A program made the translations under genes and the position numbers. From Chrysomallon squamiferum (Eukaryota; Animalia; Mollusca), in contig CM022672.1 of the NCBI GenBank assembly GCA_012295275.1, positions 18,352,001-18,416,000 of the forward strand: DNA of 64,000 bases. The letters are read 5' to 3'. The notes under the pieces are model-generated. The model was not told the origin of the DNA and made no database searches. It was given only the letters and a program-made list of their open reading frames with translations. Below, in pieces: positions 1-14,695 of this stretch (position 1 is its first letter; each line of letters starts with the position of its first letter).

Positions 1-192
1 TATATATGTATGTTATGTATGTACGTAAGTATATATATGTATGTATGTATGTACTATGTATTTATGTATGTATATATGTATGTATGTATGTAAGTATATG
101 TATGTATGTTATGTATGTACGTAAGTATATATTTGTATGTACGTAAGTATATATAGTATGTATGTATGTATGTATGTATGTATGTTATGTAT
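1..192. repeat. (TATG)n-type simple repeat
   Basis: Directly visible. Confidence 0.9.
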
Positions 193-1215
193 CTACAGAT
201 AGAGATAAAGACATATGTACATGTACATATCTTTCTGTTTCTCCGCCTGCCGCTCTGTCTGTCTGTCCATCTGTCTGTCTTTCTCTAGATATGTATATCC
301 ACGCGTGCCTATTACCTGCTTTCCTATTTGTCTCTCCACATCTCTGCATGTCTGTCTGTGTACAAGCTAATAATCTATCAGTTTATCTGTTCTCGATAAC
401 GTTTATAAATCTATATTCACTCATTTTATATTCTTCCAAACTTCGGCCGTTGCAGTTCTTTTTTCCATATGTTTCTAATCATGTCAGAGTATTAGGCAGT
501 AAATCCCTGAGTGCAATGCAACCCCAGACAATCCATTTAGATATAAACTTTTCTTTGCCGTATTCAAGATAATGTATCTTCTGCAGTGTTAAAGAAAAAT
601 GCTGCTGCTGCTGCTGGGTGCACCTGAAGTTTATCAGACATCTACGACGGTGACACTTGATATGTTTACGAGAACACTGGCGCCAGAGATTTGTTTCGTA
701 ATATTTTTTAAAAGGTACGTTTAATTTTTTTTTTGTTTTAATTTTATTTTTACGAAATACATTAACCGCGAAAGCTACCAAACGTAATCGAAACGATGTT
801 TAATATCGTAGCCGATAATAAGACTGTCGTAAATCTAATCGTTTCTTGTTTATAGAGTGAGTTTGTTGGTGTAATAGTTAAAAAAAAAAAAAAAAGAGAA
901 ACGATGGGTTAATTAAGTGCACGTTTAAAATTAGTCGATATTATCATCAATAACCTATCCATTTTTCTGAGCGATAAGGGACGTGTAGTCAATGCTTGTT
1001 GAAAAATGTTTAGACGAAGAGAGAAATACGTCGATTGTTTTCTTTATACGTAGACTGTTGAATGGTTTACTGTGTAAATTGTTACGTACGTACTTAAACA
1101 GATACTTACACATATAAATTATATATATATGCTTTTGTGCTTGGGTATAATTGTTTATATATCTATTTATCTATCGATATTTATGTGTGTGTGTGCGTCT
1201 ATTTATAATTATATG

Positions 1216-1250
<35 letters not shown>

Positions 1251-2022
1251 GTGTGTGTTTAATGGATATAGATCCATTTTTGGCTCAGCTGAGTTTCATA
1301 CATTAACAGTGATTGCTTAATGAAGACAAACCTAATTAGTTGTAAAATCACTGACACACGATAGCAAAGAACCACTCAGTGTTTATTGATAATGCGATGT
1401 TTGTGGTAATTAAATATACATTGATATATCTGTGTGTTCTGTCTGTTTTATTAAAAAAAATGTGTTTAGTAAAATATGTTAGTGTTTAAAAAAAAAAAGT
1501 TTTTATATACACGTTAAGATAGATTCACAGCATTATATTTAACTAATTAAAAATATAATAACAACAACAACAACAACAATAATAATAATAATAATCATAA
1601 TGATAATAAAATACATTTTTTGATTATAAATCTTGGTTATGGAATAATAAAAAGATATTATTTCATAACCAAGATTTATTTTCTAAAAATTTATTTTATT
1701 ATCTTTATCACTATTATTATTACTATTATAGATAACTCAAAATAAATCATAAAAATAAATTGTCAATATTTCAATGGCTGAATCGGTATCGTGTATCAAA
1801 TGTACTTCTTGTTTCGCCGCTGAGAAATACTAACTATCTGAAAGGCAAATTGACTGAAGTGTAATTGGGATGTCATTATGATCTATTGCAGTTTCTGGCT
1901 CGCATAACCGCAACAGTTAGTTAAATAATACAACACAGACGCCAGGCGGAATTAACTTGGCTATTTGTGAGGCGTATACTCAAAAGCACGGGGAACTCTC
2001 TAAACAATATATATATATATAT

Positions 2023-2180
<158 letters not shown>

Positions 2181-4659
2181 TGTAGAATTAGATAGAATCC
2201 CTAAAATATGTAGAAAATTTCAGATTTTAGATATATTCCCTGAATTTCTTTTATCTATTATTGTGTCATTGTATTTAAATTTTCCCGTCTTCTTTACAAT
2301 GAACTAATTTTATTTTCAAAGTTATATCAGTCAGAATTATGTCGATCTCGTGTTTTTTTCTGACATCCTAGATCTACTCCAGAGAATAATGTAAGATTTA
2401 CTCTTTAGAGATAAAATAATGTTTTTGACGTGGTGATAGAAAAATCAACAACAACAAAAAAAAAACCCCACCAGAATATTTATTAAACACAATGGAATTA
2501 TATACATTATTATTATTATTGTTGTTGTTTTTGTTATTATGTTTTGTTTTTGTTTGTTTTGTTTAAAATGTCTTTATTTTCTCAGAGAGTTATATAGTAA
2601 CATCTTTGCTTTGAATACTTTAAATGGATTCGTTAAGTAATTCAAATTTAACAGTAAAATAATTAGAGATATTTATTCTTTCTTTATATACATTTTGAAG
2701 TGTTAGATTTACGATAAAAAAAAAAAGAATTAACACAAAAATTAATTATTGTTTGAAGAATAACAGAGAGCGATATTTATTTCCCATTCAAAAAAAAAAA
2801 AAACATTATTTCAGCAAACGTTTTAACATTTAGTAGTGTTGTAGCAACGATAACCTACGACAAAAATGAAATCAGAGGACCTTTATTTAACAGATAAAAC
2901 CTGGAAGTGAAATAAATATGAATTTCTTAATTATTATTTTCTACTTTGCTTTTCTTTTGTCTTCGAGTATACATCGTCCCCACTCGTTTCATAAGAGATT
3001 AAACGTTATGAGTGAAATTGAATGTGTCAGTCACTTGACCGTTTGAGCTGCCCAGTCAGAATGATTCGCCCATTCCCTCCCTCCCCCCACCACCACCACC
3101 GCACCCCCTTCTACGACCGATTTTTTTTTTTTTTCCGGCGTCCATAAATACACACGTCATTGATCAGACAGAAGTTTCTATTGGACAAATAGTGTCGACG
3201 ACGAAAAAAAAAAGGAACAGCTCCGGAAGTTAAGGTTCTTTCTAAGGCGAGAGTTAATACAGCGTATTGAAAACTAAAACGCGAAATTAGAATTTGATTC
3301 CGATGTAATTGGTTTTAGATTGCATGGGTTATATTTCGTAGAGAAACTTTTTTTTTTTTTTTTTTTTTTTAATGGCACTGGCAAGACTATGGATACAAAA
3401 CGAATGAATGTTTGATCAATGGAATGATAACGTTTGGAAGTTGTTATTGTTGAAGACTGCTACTACTACTAATAATAATAAAAAAAAAAATAAAACCAGG
3501 TATTTATGATATCACTTGACGCTATTTTTTTTTTTTTGCATTGTTGTACATACACAAAACATAAAGAAAATAAAAGTATAGACCAATTTAATCTCTGATA
3601 AAAATGGATTTTAATGACAGTTTCATGTAGGTTTTTATTTTATTATTAATATATTAATTACAACTGGTAAAAAAAATTCTAATCTTCTCTAGTGCAATGA
3701 TTAAACATTTTATCTGACACCTTTTTGCGACGTTTTCCCGACTCCGATGCAGAACTGTTTAGAAAACTGTAAGGCCATAATAACTGCCTCTTTTCTTCCT
3801 AACTAAACGTCTAGAATTTAAACCAAACCTATCTTTCTAATACTGACTCTGTAACTCACTTACGTAAACATTCATTATGAATAGTTGATTTCCTGATTGT
3901 CTTTAGGCTCGTCTTCATCATGAATATAATACATACAATTATTTCTAGAATTTCTTAATACTATTAATATGCTGGTGAATAAGGGGTCGTGTTAAGTTTG
4001 GCGGTGCGTGATATTTAAATTTATAATCTATGATACAGCATCATACATGAACTCGGTGACAAGAGTATTAACAAACCCTTGAATAAAGACCTATATTTAA
4101 CGTAACTATCGTTTTTTTTTTTTTTTACTTTTTTAATTTTGTTGTTCTTGTTGTTGTTTGTTTAAATAATAAATATGGCATGTGCTGTGAAATATCACTC
4201 TGTCATGGTCACTTTACATTCACTTTTATTCCCATGCAGTTTTGCTCAATACAGGCCCAAATGTTACTAGGCCACTATCTTGATATTTCCTTAACAACGT
4301 CAAACGTTAAAATCACAATTCCAAAGTGTGACAGTATGATTATGTTGTAATATTAACGCCATTACGATAACATGTCATACTTTTAACTTACCATTCATTA
4401 TGTTAATTGAAAAGGACCTTTACAAGGCTAATCCGTGTCAGTAGACGGTACACATGAATATTTCAAAACGACTGTGTTGTCCTCGTTTTTCTCGTGGTAT
4501 TGGTATCTGAGTTTATTAATACTGATGTGAGAGATATTAGAGCGACTGAGATCTGTCTTATTAACTGACCTTCTTCTTACGCTTGTCAGCTTGTACTCGT
4601 CGTATCAGTAAACAAAACTGCCTGTTTCACAAGTTATGAATAAGTCAATCAAACCACGG

Positions 4660-4882
4660 ATATTGTTTGTACCAGTTCGAACCCTAGTTGTTATTTGTAT
4701 TAGTTCAGACGATAGTTATTGTTTGTACCAGTTCAAGCCATAGTTATTTCTTGTTCCAGTTCAAACCATAGTTATTGTTTGTATCAGTTCAAATCATAAA
4801 ATTGTTTGTATCAGTTCAAGCCAAAGTTATTGTTTGTACCAGTTTAAGCTGTAGTTATTGTTTGTATCAGTTCAAACCATAG
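4660..4882. repeat. 28-bp minisatellite, about 8 diverged copies
   Basis: Consensus TTATTGTTTGTATCAGTTCAAACCATAG, head-to-tail with no spacers. Confidence 0.88.
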
Positions 4883-6811
4883 TTTTTTGATAGATAAAAT
4901 GCTCTTTATGTATAGATAAATATATAGATATATAGATAGATAGACAGATAGACAGATAGACAGATAGATAAATAGACAGAAAGAAAGATAGTTAAACAGA
5001 TAGATAGATAGATAGATAGATACATTTGTATGCATGTGAGTCAGTAAATATGTATATAATTTATCTCAAAATCTCCTTTCTCACTGTTCAGACTTTGTCG
5101 TCAGTGTGTAATTTCGATACATTGTAATTTACTCATTTATATTTATCACTGTTTTATATCAGAATTATGTTATTTAATTCATTAACATAGTCTCAGTTAT
5201 TTAAGCATATATTGTTCCCAAAACATATCAAGTATCTCCGTCGAATATCTCTGATACAGTTCAGGTATACTTAGCACTAACATATATTGTTCCCAAGTGT
5301 TTGAATTTCATGCAAAATAAAGACCCGTGACGACAAAAGACACTGCTCTCTATACTCTTGATTTTCAAAACCAAAAAAAAATATTGGTAGGTGGTGGCCA
5401 ATCCAGATATTTACGTTCGATAAACACAGAACAAATAACTTGTTGAAGACGGATAACCTTTGCAAACACTTCCACAATCACTGCTGACGTACTGACGTCA
5501 TTTACAACCATCTCTGAGTATAAAAAAATATTTTGTTTCTTGATGTCGCTTTGTGAATTTGTAATTTACGACTCGGTCTGTTTACGTTGTCAGTGTTCGT
5601 TTTTACGTGTAGTCGAATCGCCGAAGAGCTGAGAAAACACTTTAAGTAAAGACAACCTAAACTCTTTTTCAAAAACAGCCGACGCTGCTTCGAGTGTGTT
5701 CGGGGCAAATCGAGAAACTCCGTCGTCAAAGAAGTCGAACGCCACTTGCCACTTTCTTGTTTTTTTTAACTTTTTCTTTTTTGTCTCTGTACATTAAGAT
5801 ATTGCCACTTGAAGCATGCCAATACTCTCGAAAGAGAATTGGTGCGTCTGGGCTTAGATAATGAACGTAATCGATAGAGTTCCTTTCATTTCTGACATGC
5901 GTAAACTTCCAAGTTTTCTTGGACAAGAATTCTTTGAACAACACCGTTTGACACATTAAAGAGGAAACTCGATAAATATGATGTGTAGTTGAGACTGCTC
6001 TCTTATTTTCACCCGTTCTGTCGGTGAATTCAGCTTGCAAAATAATATTTTAGAAAATTCTAATATATGTATGTGTATATACACACATACTTATACATAT
6101 ATACACATATATAAAGAGAAATGTGTTAAGTGTTAATGTCATTAACAGTGTAGCCCTAGTAATACAAAAAAGTAGTCTCAGCATTTTCTGAACATCTACA
6201 AGTTATGTTTTTGCCTTAATTTTACACGTTTTGTTGGTAAAAAATACAGATGTCAGTTTATCTCGACTCCAGTTCTATGTGAATTTGTGAAATTGCTGCG
6301 TCAAACTGTACCTAACGTTTTACTGTTTTATTACGAACAAACTTCAGTTGCTCAAAGCAATAAAACAGTAAATAAAGATAATTTTTTTTAGATCATTTAT
6401 TCGTACTGCCATAGTTACACTTCAGAATACTTCAGTCAGTAAGGTTTTGGTTTTAACTCTTGGTAAAACAATCTCTCGCATTTTTTATTTATAGTCTGAC
6501 ATTTTACTTTACAACTATTACGTATCTTCGACAACCAGAATCAGTAATTACACATTATCGGCACATATCTTCTTCATACGTTAACATTTATTTAAGAAAT
6601 GTGTAACTTACTCGCAAAAAACAAAAAAAACATATGTGTCTGAGTCGTAATAACTTTAACATGTGTTGAGATAGCGTTTAACTCTCGTCGTTACGAATGC
6701 GAGACACGAAAACTGTAGAAAGCGATAACCTGACTACTGACAGCGCAAACTTCGAAAACACCTTATTAAAAACAAAATCAATATAGTCTGACATACCAAA
6801 ATATATATATT

Positions 6812-6883
6812 TATGTATGTATGTATGTGTGTATGTATGTGTGTGTGTATGTATGTGTGTATATATGTATGTATGTATGTATG

Positions 6884-6917
<34 letters not shown>

Positions 6918-7150
6918 TATGTGTATATGTATGTGTGTATGTATATATGTATGTGTGTATGTATGTACGTGTGTATGTATGTATGTACGTGTGTATGTAT
7001 GTATATATGAATGTATGTATGTATGTCTGTATGTATGTATATCTGTCTGTCTGTCTGTCTGTCTGTCTGTATGTATGTATGTATGGATATATGTTTGTAT
7101 GTTCGGGTGTACGTTCGTGTGGGTGTGTGTGTATTTGTGAATGTATGTGT
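6812..7150. repeat. (TATG/TG/TCTG)n compound simple repeat
   Basis: Directly visible. Confidence 0.92.
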
Positions 7151-7245
7151 AATTACACGCACATATACATACTATTGATTTTTTTATAGGGTGTTTTTGA
7201 AGTATGCACCATCAAGGTAAATATATACAACATATACGATCGTCC

Positions 7246-7418
7246 TACGACTGATAAACTAATGCACACTACGACTGATATACTAATGTACACTACGACT
7301 GATATACTAATTCACACTACGACTGATATACTAATGCACACTACGACTGATATACTAATGCACACTACGACTGATATACTAATGCACACTACGACTGATA
7401 TACTAATGCACACTACGA
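7246..7418. repeat. 24-bp minisatellite, about 7 copies
   Basis: Consensus CTACGACTGATATACTAATGCACA. Confidence 0.92.
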
Positions 7419-7811
7419 TTTATTTTTTACCCCATTACGTTTTTGCTCGCAGGAGTCGCGGTGTCCAGCGGTTCTGACACTAAGCATGTTTTACGATCCC
7501 GCGCAGCCATTAATTTAGAAAATCTGAACACCCATGACCGGAGATGATATCGACTCTTTGGGCTGTTTTCAAATTTGTTTTCGTATTTCTTATCACTCCG
7601 CGTTTGTAAATTGGTCGACCCCTTCGTACCGGCCGCCATAATTCACTGTTTGGAATACGGAATGAAAGAGAGGAAGAAGCGAAATTTATGTGATCTCGTG
7701 CACAAAAGGTCAACCGTTATGATAATGTAAAAAAAAATTTATAATTTGAAACTGAAGTGTTTATTAAGCTGTCAGGGAATGGAGGATTGCCCTGTTGGTT
7801 TATATGTTACA

Positions 7812-7844
<33 letters not shown>

Positions 7845-8392
7845 GTGATTATACTGACTGATTACACGCCCACGTTTTTCTAACGGTGTCGGGTCAGATT
7901 AAAACGTATTAATGGGATAATGACGTGCATTATTATTAACTACGTCATGGATTTTGTCTGGAATTGTAAACTGTTTACTCCCGTTAAAAATAAATCACGG
8001 GCGTTCGACATTCGACATTGTCAGGCTCTTGCCAGATATTTTATAAATCTGACGTTTGTTAAAACTGCTCTCGAAAGAAAGAGAATTTAAACCCGGGGTT
8101 CTGTTTTAATTCTAAAATGTTAACATTCGTTCAAGGATGCCAGCAATGGCATTGTTATTATCTTTAATTAATAACTCTCAGATCTTCTGCTGATCCTGGT
8201 TAGTACGAGCACTGATTAGTTAACGATTCAACCTTTAACAACGTGCTTCAAGTTCTTTTTAATTTAACGAACCTAGTAACGATCTAACTGCATTAAGCAA
8301 CGCCGTAATAACAATTTTAAAATAGACAACAACAACAACAACAATAATAATAACTTGATAATGATGATATTGTTGTTATTATTATTATTATT

Positions 8393-8425
<33 letters not shown>

Positions 8426-9819
8426 ACTGTCGTGTTTGCTGTTGTTGCATTTATTGTTATTACTGTTGTGAAAAAACAGACACCGTGTTTTATAAGTCGC
8501 ATCAGTTATCGTAATAGGAACCCAGTACCTTCCAGCTTTAGGCGACCACAAAAAAAAACTATTTGTCGCGGCCAATCGATGGACTCGCAAATTGCGGCAT
8601 CAGTTCGACTGGACACCGACTCTTGATGTGCATGTTAATCAGGCCGATTGGAGGCTTTACAATCAACCCGCAACTGCTGCTGATAACTGATAGACAATTA
8701 TCCTCGGAGCCTTGGAGGCGCAGAGTCCGAGCTAAGCGTTTCTTGTTAAACTAATGCGAAAGATGAGCCCCGTGAAACTGCATTGGCCAGACACCAGGTT
8801 TTCTTATGATATTTGATGGGAGAATGATAAATATTAATTCCAGCGTGTCTGGGTTTTATTGCAATTTATCTATCGCCTGAGAAATCACCCTACCCTGTAG
8901 TTTCACCGAGCTCTTTAATTGTCCAGAACTGGTTTTGAGACTTTAGCGCGTAGTACGCGAAACAGTTGTTTGAGATCTTGTTCTGTCTTTATCTTGGTCT
9001 ATCTGTCTATTGTTTGTCGCTATATTAATCTGTCTCTTTCTCTCTATCTATTTGTCTGCTTTTTGTCTGTCTGTCTCTCTGTCTGTCTCTCTGTCTATCT
9101 CTATCCTTTTGAGATTTCTTTTAGTCTCGATCTGTAACCTATAGTAATAACAACAACGACAACAACAGCAACAACAATAATAACAATACTGTCATTATTA
9201 CTGTTGTTGCTACAAATACAATTAATTAAGTAATGAAAATAAATAAATAAATAAATAAATAAAACAGAAAATTAATAAATTAAAATAAAGCAAAATCCAG
9301 CGAAAGTAAAAAAAACAATTAAAAAAAAAAAAAACGTAACAAAACAACAACAACACACTACAAAACTACACTAATAAAAAAACAAACAAGCGCTGGTAAT
9401 CTACAAGATATCTACTCAACTTTGTTCGATAATCGAGCGTCATGCACGTCTGATATTTCCAATACAATTATTGTCTGCAGTCAATGATGAAAAATTCAAT
9501 AAACCATGTTTACACTGTCCTGATCGAATCGGCGCGTGTTGGTTTGAAAATCTGGCGTTCTGTTCAATACCGCTTTCGTTTGCTCGATCGTGACAAAATG
9601 ATGAAAAGAGAAAGTTTTTTTTTTACTTTTATGTTTTTTCTAAAATAAAAAAAAGTTTAATGTTTTTTTTAAATTCCTTTTCTTTCTTTCTTTCTTTTTT
9701 CCTTTTTCTTTCGTTCTGTTCTTCAAAGTAAAGCAAAAGCTAAACATTTTACTAGTTTTATACTAGTTTCAGCTATTCATCTTCAAAATGTCATCATTAC
9801 TTACGAAATATAATTACAT

Positions 9820-10265
9820 CAGTATTCTGTATTACTACTTCAACTAAAATTACTACTACTACGACTATTACTAGTACTGCTACTATTACTACTAGTGCTA
9901 ATATTACTGTTACTATTGCGACTACTACCATTACTACTACAACTACTAACACTACTACTACTACTGCTACTACTACTCTTCTGCTATTACTACTATTAGA
10001 AGTACTTCTACTACTGTTATTACTATTACTACTATTATTACTGTTATTACCTCTACTACTGTTATTACTTTTATTATTATTACTACTGTTAATACTATTA
10101 TTACTTTTACTACTATTACTAGTTTTATTACTATTACTACTGTTATTACTATAACTGCGATCACAAATACTTCCACAACTACTATTTTCATCATATTCAC
10201 TACCAAAACTGATATTCTACTACTAATACTTCAACTTCACTAAAGTTCTTACTACGACAGTTATC
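9820..10265. repeat. Degenerate (TAC/TAT)n trinucleotide tract
   Basis: Directly visible. Confidence 0.85.
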
Positions 10266-11459
10266 ATTACGTGAAAGACCGATAGACACAGATGTATTCA
10301 GGAACTTTGAGTTATTTTTTTCTTGTTAACTCAAAAGATTGAATAACAGTTTTACAAATGGCTTCAAAATTTCACTAGTTTTTTTTTTAATCTGATTTTG
10401 ACATTTGTTTTGCTACATTGAAATTTATTTCTATTTGTTCAATAAAATACATGTACACTTTTTATCATTATTTATTTATTTATTTATTTTCTGTTTTTTT
10501 TTTGTTTGTTTTTTTTGTTTTTTGGGGGGTTTTCTGGGGGGTTTTAAATTTTAATTCTGATTTTATTTTATATTACTTTATTTCATTTATTATTTTATAA
10601 CTATTGTTTTATTTTTGTTATTGTTACAGTTGCTACTGCTAGTACTGTTGATATCCTCTTCTTAATCACCACAAAATATTTAAGTTACGAAAGCGCACCC
10701 CCAAAAAAAAACAAAATCAAATGAAAAAGAATCAAAACGTTTCTAAATAAAAAGGAAAGATTTCAAAATAGTCTTGATTATGTGCCAATGCCCTACTAGT
10801 GTGGATATTAACACCACATAACAGTGATGTAAAAGTATACAAAGAGATAGATAGAAATGAACTGTTATATCTCTCTGCCTTATCGAAGTGTGTTTTTTTT
10901 TTTTTTTATTACAGTAATTTTTCTGATTTACTGGACACTTTTATTTATATCTCAGCTGTGTAGAGTTTCTAACATCAATAAAACAAAAAAGAAATAAAGT
11001 AAATAAAAAACAGTTAGAGGGTTCTGAAATATACACGTAATAAATAAAAAAATGGTGGAAAGCATGAAAAAAGCAAAAAAAAAAAAAAAAAAAGATAAAA
11101 GATAAAAGATGCACATAAAAAATGTATTAAAAATAAATTAAGAGATAGAGAGAAAAAAAATCCGAAAAATAGAGATAAATTTAAAAGGAAAAAAAGCCGA
11201 TAAAAAGATTGATAGACAGAAAAAGCGATGAATTAAGAATAAAATAAAAGATAAAGAATAAAAATAAAGAAGGACGAGAAACCAAAAGATAAAAAGGAAA
11301 GATACAACGAAACTGAAAAGAAGATCTAAATGAAAGGATAACAGTATTTCAATGTGTTTTAAGCCGTATTTAGAACGATGAAATGAAGAAAAAGAAATTT
11401 AAAAAGAAATAAAGAAGGAATTAGAAATAAAAGGATACATATACCAAAGAAAGAAAAAA

Positions 11460-11493
<34 letters not shown>

Positions 11494-12118
11494 TATTAAA
11501 AATACAAAAGAAGAAAGAGAAAGCAAAAAGAAAAGAAATTAATAAAAGAATAAAAAATCAATTAAAAAATAATAAAGAAGACAAAACACGAGTTTTAAAA
11601 AATTAAAAAGAAAACAAAAGATATCAAAGAAATATTTTATTTAAGATGCTCCAATACATTTTTTAAATCTGTAGAAACTGTGCTGACGTGTTGAATATTA
11701 CTCCAGTCTCGATAATAACAAGATATTTTAATAGGCACTTTCCCTGTAAAGACAAAAGCACGTCACAGTCTTTCACGAACCAGACGCTGTCCTCAAATAA
11801 ACCACACGCTTTCTTTGACGAATCTTTCACAGTCCTTGATGGATAATTTAAAGAAAGAAAATAATTAATTTATTAACAGAAAGTAGTTAAATTTTGTGAA
11901 ATTGCGTCAGAATGTGCTGTAAATCATATTTCAAATAGAAATATATATATATAAAATAATAGTAATAATAATAATAATAAATAAATAAATAATAATAATA
12001 ATTAAATAAATAAAATTAAAATAAATAAAATAAATAAATAAATAATAATAATAAATAAAATAAGATAAATAAACAACCAAGTATCACAGAAGAACAAGAA
12101 GAAGAATAAGATGAAGAA

Positions 12119-12151
<33 letters not shown>

Positions 12152-12857
12152 GTACGTATGTATTCATACATGTATGTAAGTACGAATTGTTATTAATCGG
12201 TGCATACCTACATACATGTGTATATGAATATGTGTGTGTTTCTCTCCTGTGTGTGTAGGAATGCACGATCTTCTCATTATACGCTTTTAGACAAATTCCA
12301 GTATCGTTACGTTCCAGAACTGAACGAAAATAACGCATTCGTCGTACACAGTTTATTTTGTCGCAAATTCTTTTCAAGATTTATTTGTCACCGAGTCTTC
12401 TCAGTGAGTTGACACATTCAATCAGAGACAAGTCAGTTTCAGTGAGCCTTGTTTTCATTACGGATCGTTATCTGGCCTAAGACAACGGGTAGAGTTAACG
12501 GGAAATCGGGTTAATTTGTTCTGCTGGGAAACAGCACATTTACAAACAGGTCAAAGCTGGTGATGGGCGACCGTGACATTAAGATTTTAGTCTTATACGT
12601 ATAAAGTTTCGTCTGTCTGTTTGATTGTTTGTTTGTTTGTTTGTTTGCTTTTTTATTTGTCTGTTTGTTTGGATTTTTTTATTTTAATTTCTTTATTTTG
12701 TTTTATTTTATATATATATATATTTTTTTTTTACATTTATTTTATATTAATTTATTTTATATTATTTTATTTTATATTATTTATTTATTTATTTATTTAT
12801 TTATTATTTATTTATTTACTTATTTATTTATTGTCTCAAGATTTCTTTCTGGTTATA

Positions 12858-12899
12858 TTTCTTCTTCTTCTTCTTCTTCTTCTTCTTCTTCTTCTTCTT

Positions 12900-12930
<31 letters not shown>

Positions 12931-12968
12931 TTATTATTATTATTATTATCATCATCATCATCATCATC
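12858..12968. repeat. (TTC)n(TTA)n(TCA)n compound microsatellite
   Basis: Directly visible. Confidence 0.92.
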
Positions 12969-14137
12969 GTATCTTTCTTATTTTCTTCACATATTTATCC
13001 AAAACAAACGTATCTTTCTAATTTTTTTCATCTGTCTAAACAAAACGCGCCTTTCTTATTCTCTCCAGCTATCTCATCATCTTTACGTCCTGTCTATCTT
13101 AAACAAACGTATCTTCTGTCTACTTAAACAAACGTATCTTCTTCTAAATTCTTTTCTCAACTGGCAAACAATACGATCGGTGTGTAACACAGAAAGACTA
13201 CTGTCACAGTTTAAATCAATATGTAACACACGAATGCTAGATCCGCAAAACAATCAATGTGAGAGCAAATCCTGAGCAAACCTTTAACTTAATTACACGA
13301 TGAGACTTAAAGAGAAAACAGAGTCTGGGGAAACAAGTATACGCGATTTAAGTCAGGTTTAATCTGCACACAGACGAATACGAAACAGCTCAGCGCTTAG
13401 GCAGATCAAGAGATTAACGAGAAATTTTTTTTTAGTTTGTTTGTTTGTTTTATAGCGAAATTATATACGTTTGATGTTATGTTACTGGTTCTAAGTAGAA
13501 AACTAAATGTAAGAAAAAAATAATGAAACATTTTAGAAGTACATTTATTCATATGTACATAAATACATAAATACACACACACACACACACACACATACCC
13601 ACACACATACATACATATATAAATATATACAAACACACAGCGAGACAGAAATCTCAAAAGGAGAGAGATAGAGAGGCACACACACACATATATACATACA
13701 TACAGACAGACATGCATTCATAAATATATATACATACATACATGCATACATACATACATACACACATATATATATATATATATTAACGTACACATACATA
13801 CATACATTTAGTGCAGTAGTATTAGCGCGATTTAGATTGTTAATTCATTTAAATACGTTATTATTTTTTTTTTTTTAAATAATTAAATATTAAACAAAAG
13901 TATTGGGTTATGAAATAGACAATTCACAACATCTATAAATATTCTGTTATTTTTATACATCAATTCTTTTTTTTTATATATTCAATTATCTTTTATGACT
14001 CTTTTACCGGTTACTAAACGTTATCAGAAAAAATAAGAACTCGCCTGGGAATTTCAGAAGGCAATGTCCTTCTCATATTATACTGTTTTCATTTATTTAT
14101 TATTCTCTTCTTCTTCATTTAAAAAAAAAAAAAATCT

Positions 14138-14356
14138 CTTTGAATGTGTTCAGGAAAAGAAACTGAAGGTTGAAATCCGACTGGACTTGACATTTGGAGG
14201 ACAAATGATCACAATGGCAATAATTTATGAAGATACATTGTAGAAAATTACCGTTAAAATAACTTGAATGCATGTTAGTTCTGGTAATAAGTGTGTATTT
14301 AATCCAATTAATGTTTCTTTGTTATTTCGTTTCAATAATGAATATGTCTTTGCATG
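14138..14356 (+). mobile_element. Dispersed non-coding repeat family, longest copy (putative SINE or non-autonomous element)
   Basis: The 5' half matches 58456-58590. The 3' half matches 36770-36856 and, inverted, 16266-16351. It is followed by (GT)n and (CT)n tracts. Confidence 0.7.
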
Positions 14357-14366
14357 TATAAATATG

Positions 14367-14695
<329 letters not shown>

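Noticed and set aside
4660-4882. 28-bp repeat array as a CRISPR
   Set aside because: The units are head-to-tail with no unique spacers, there are no cas genes, and the context is eukaryotic.
7262-7477. ORF of MHTTTDIL repeats as a repeat protein or neuropeptide precursor
   Set aside because: It is a by-product of a 24-bp minisatellite, with no signal peptide or dibasic cleavage sites.
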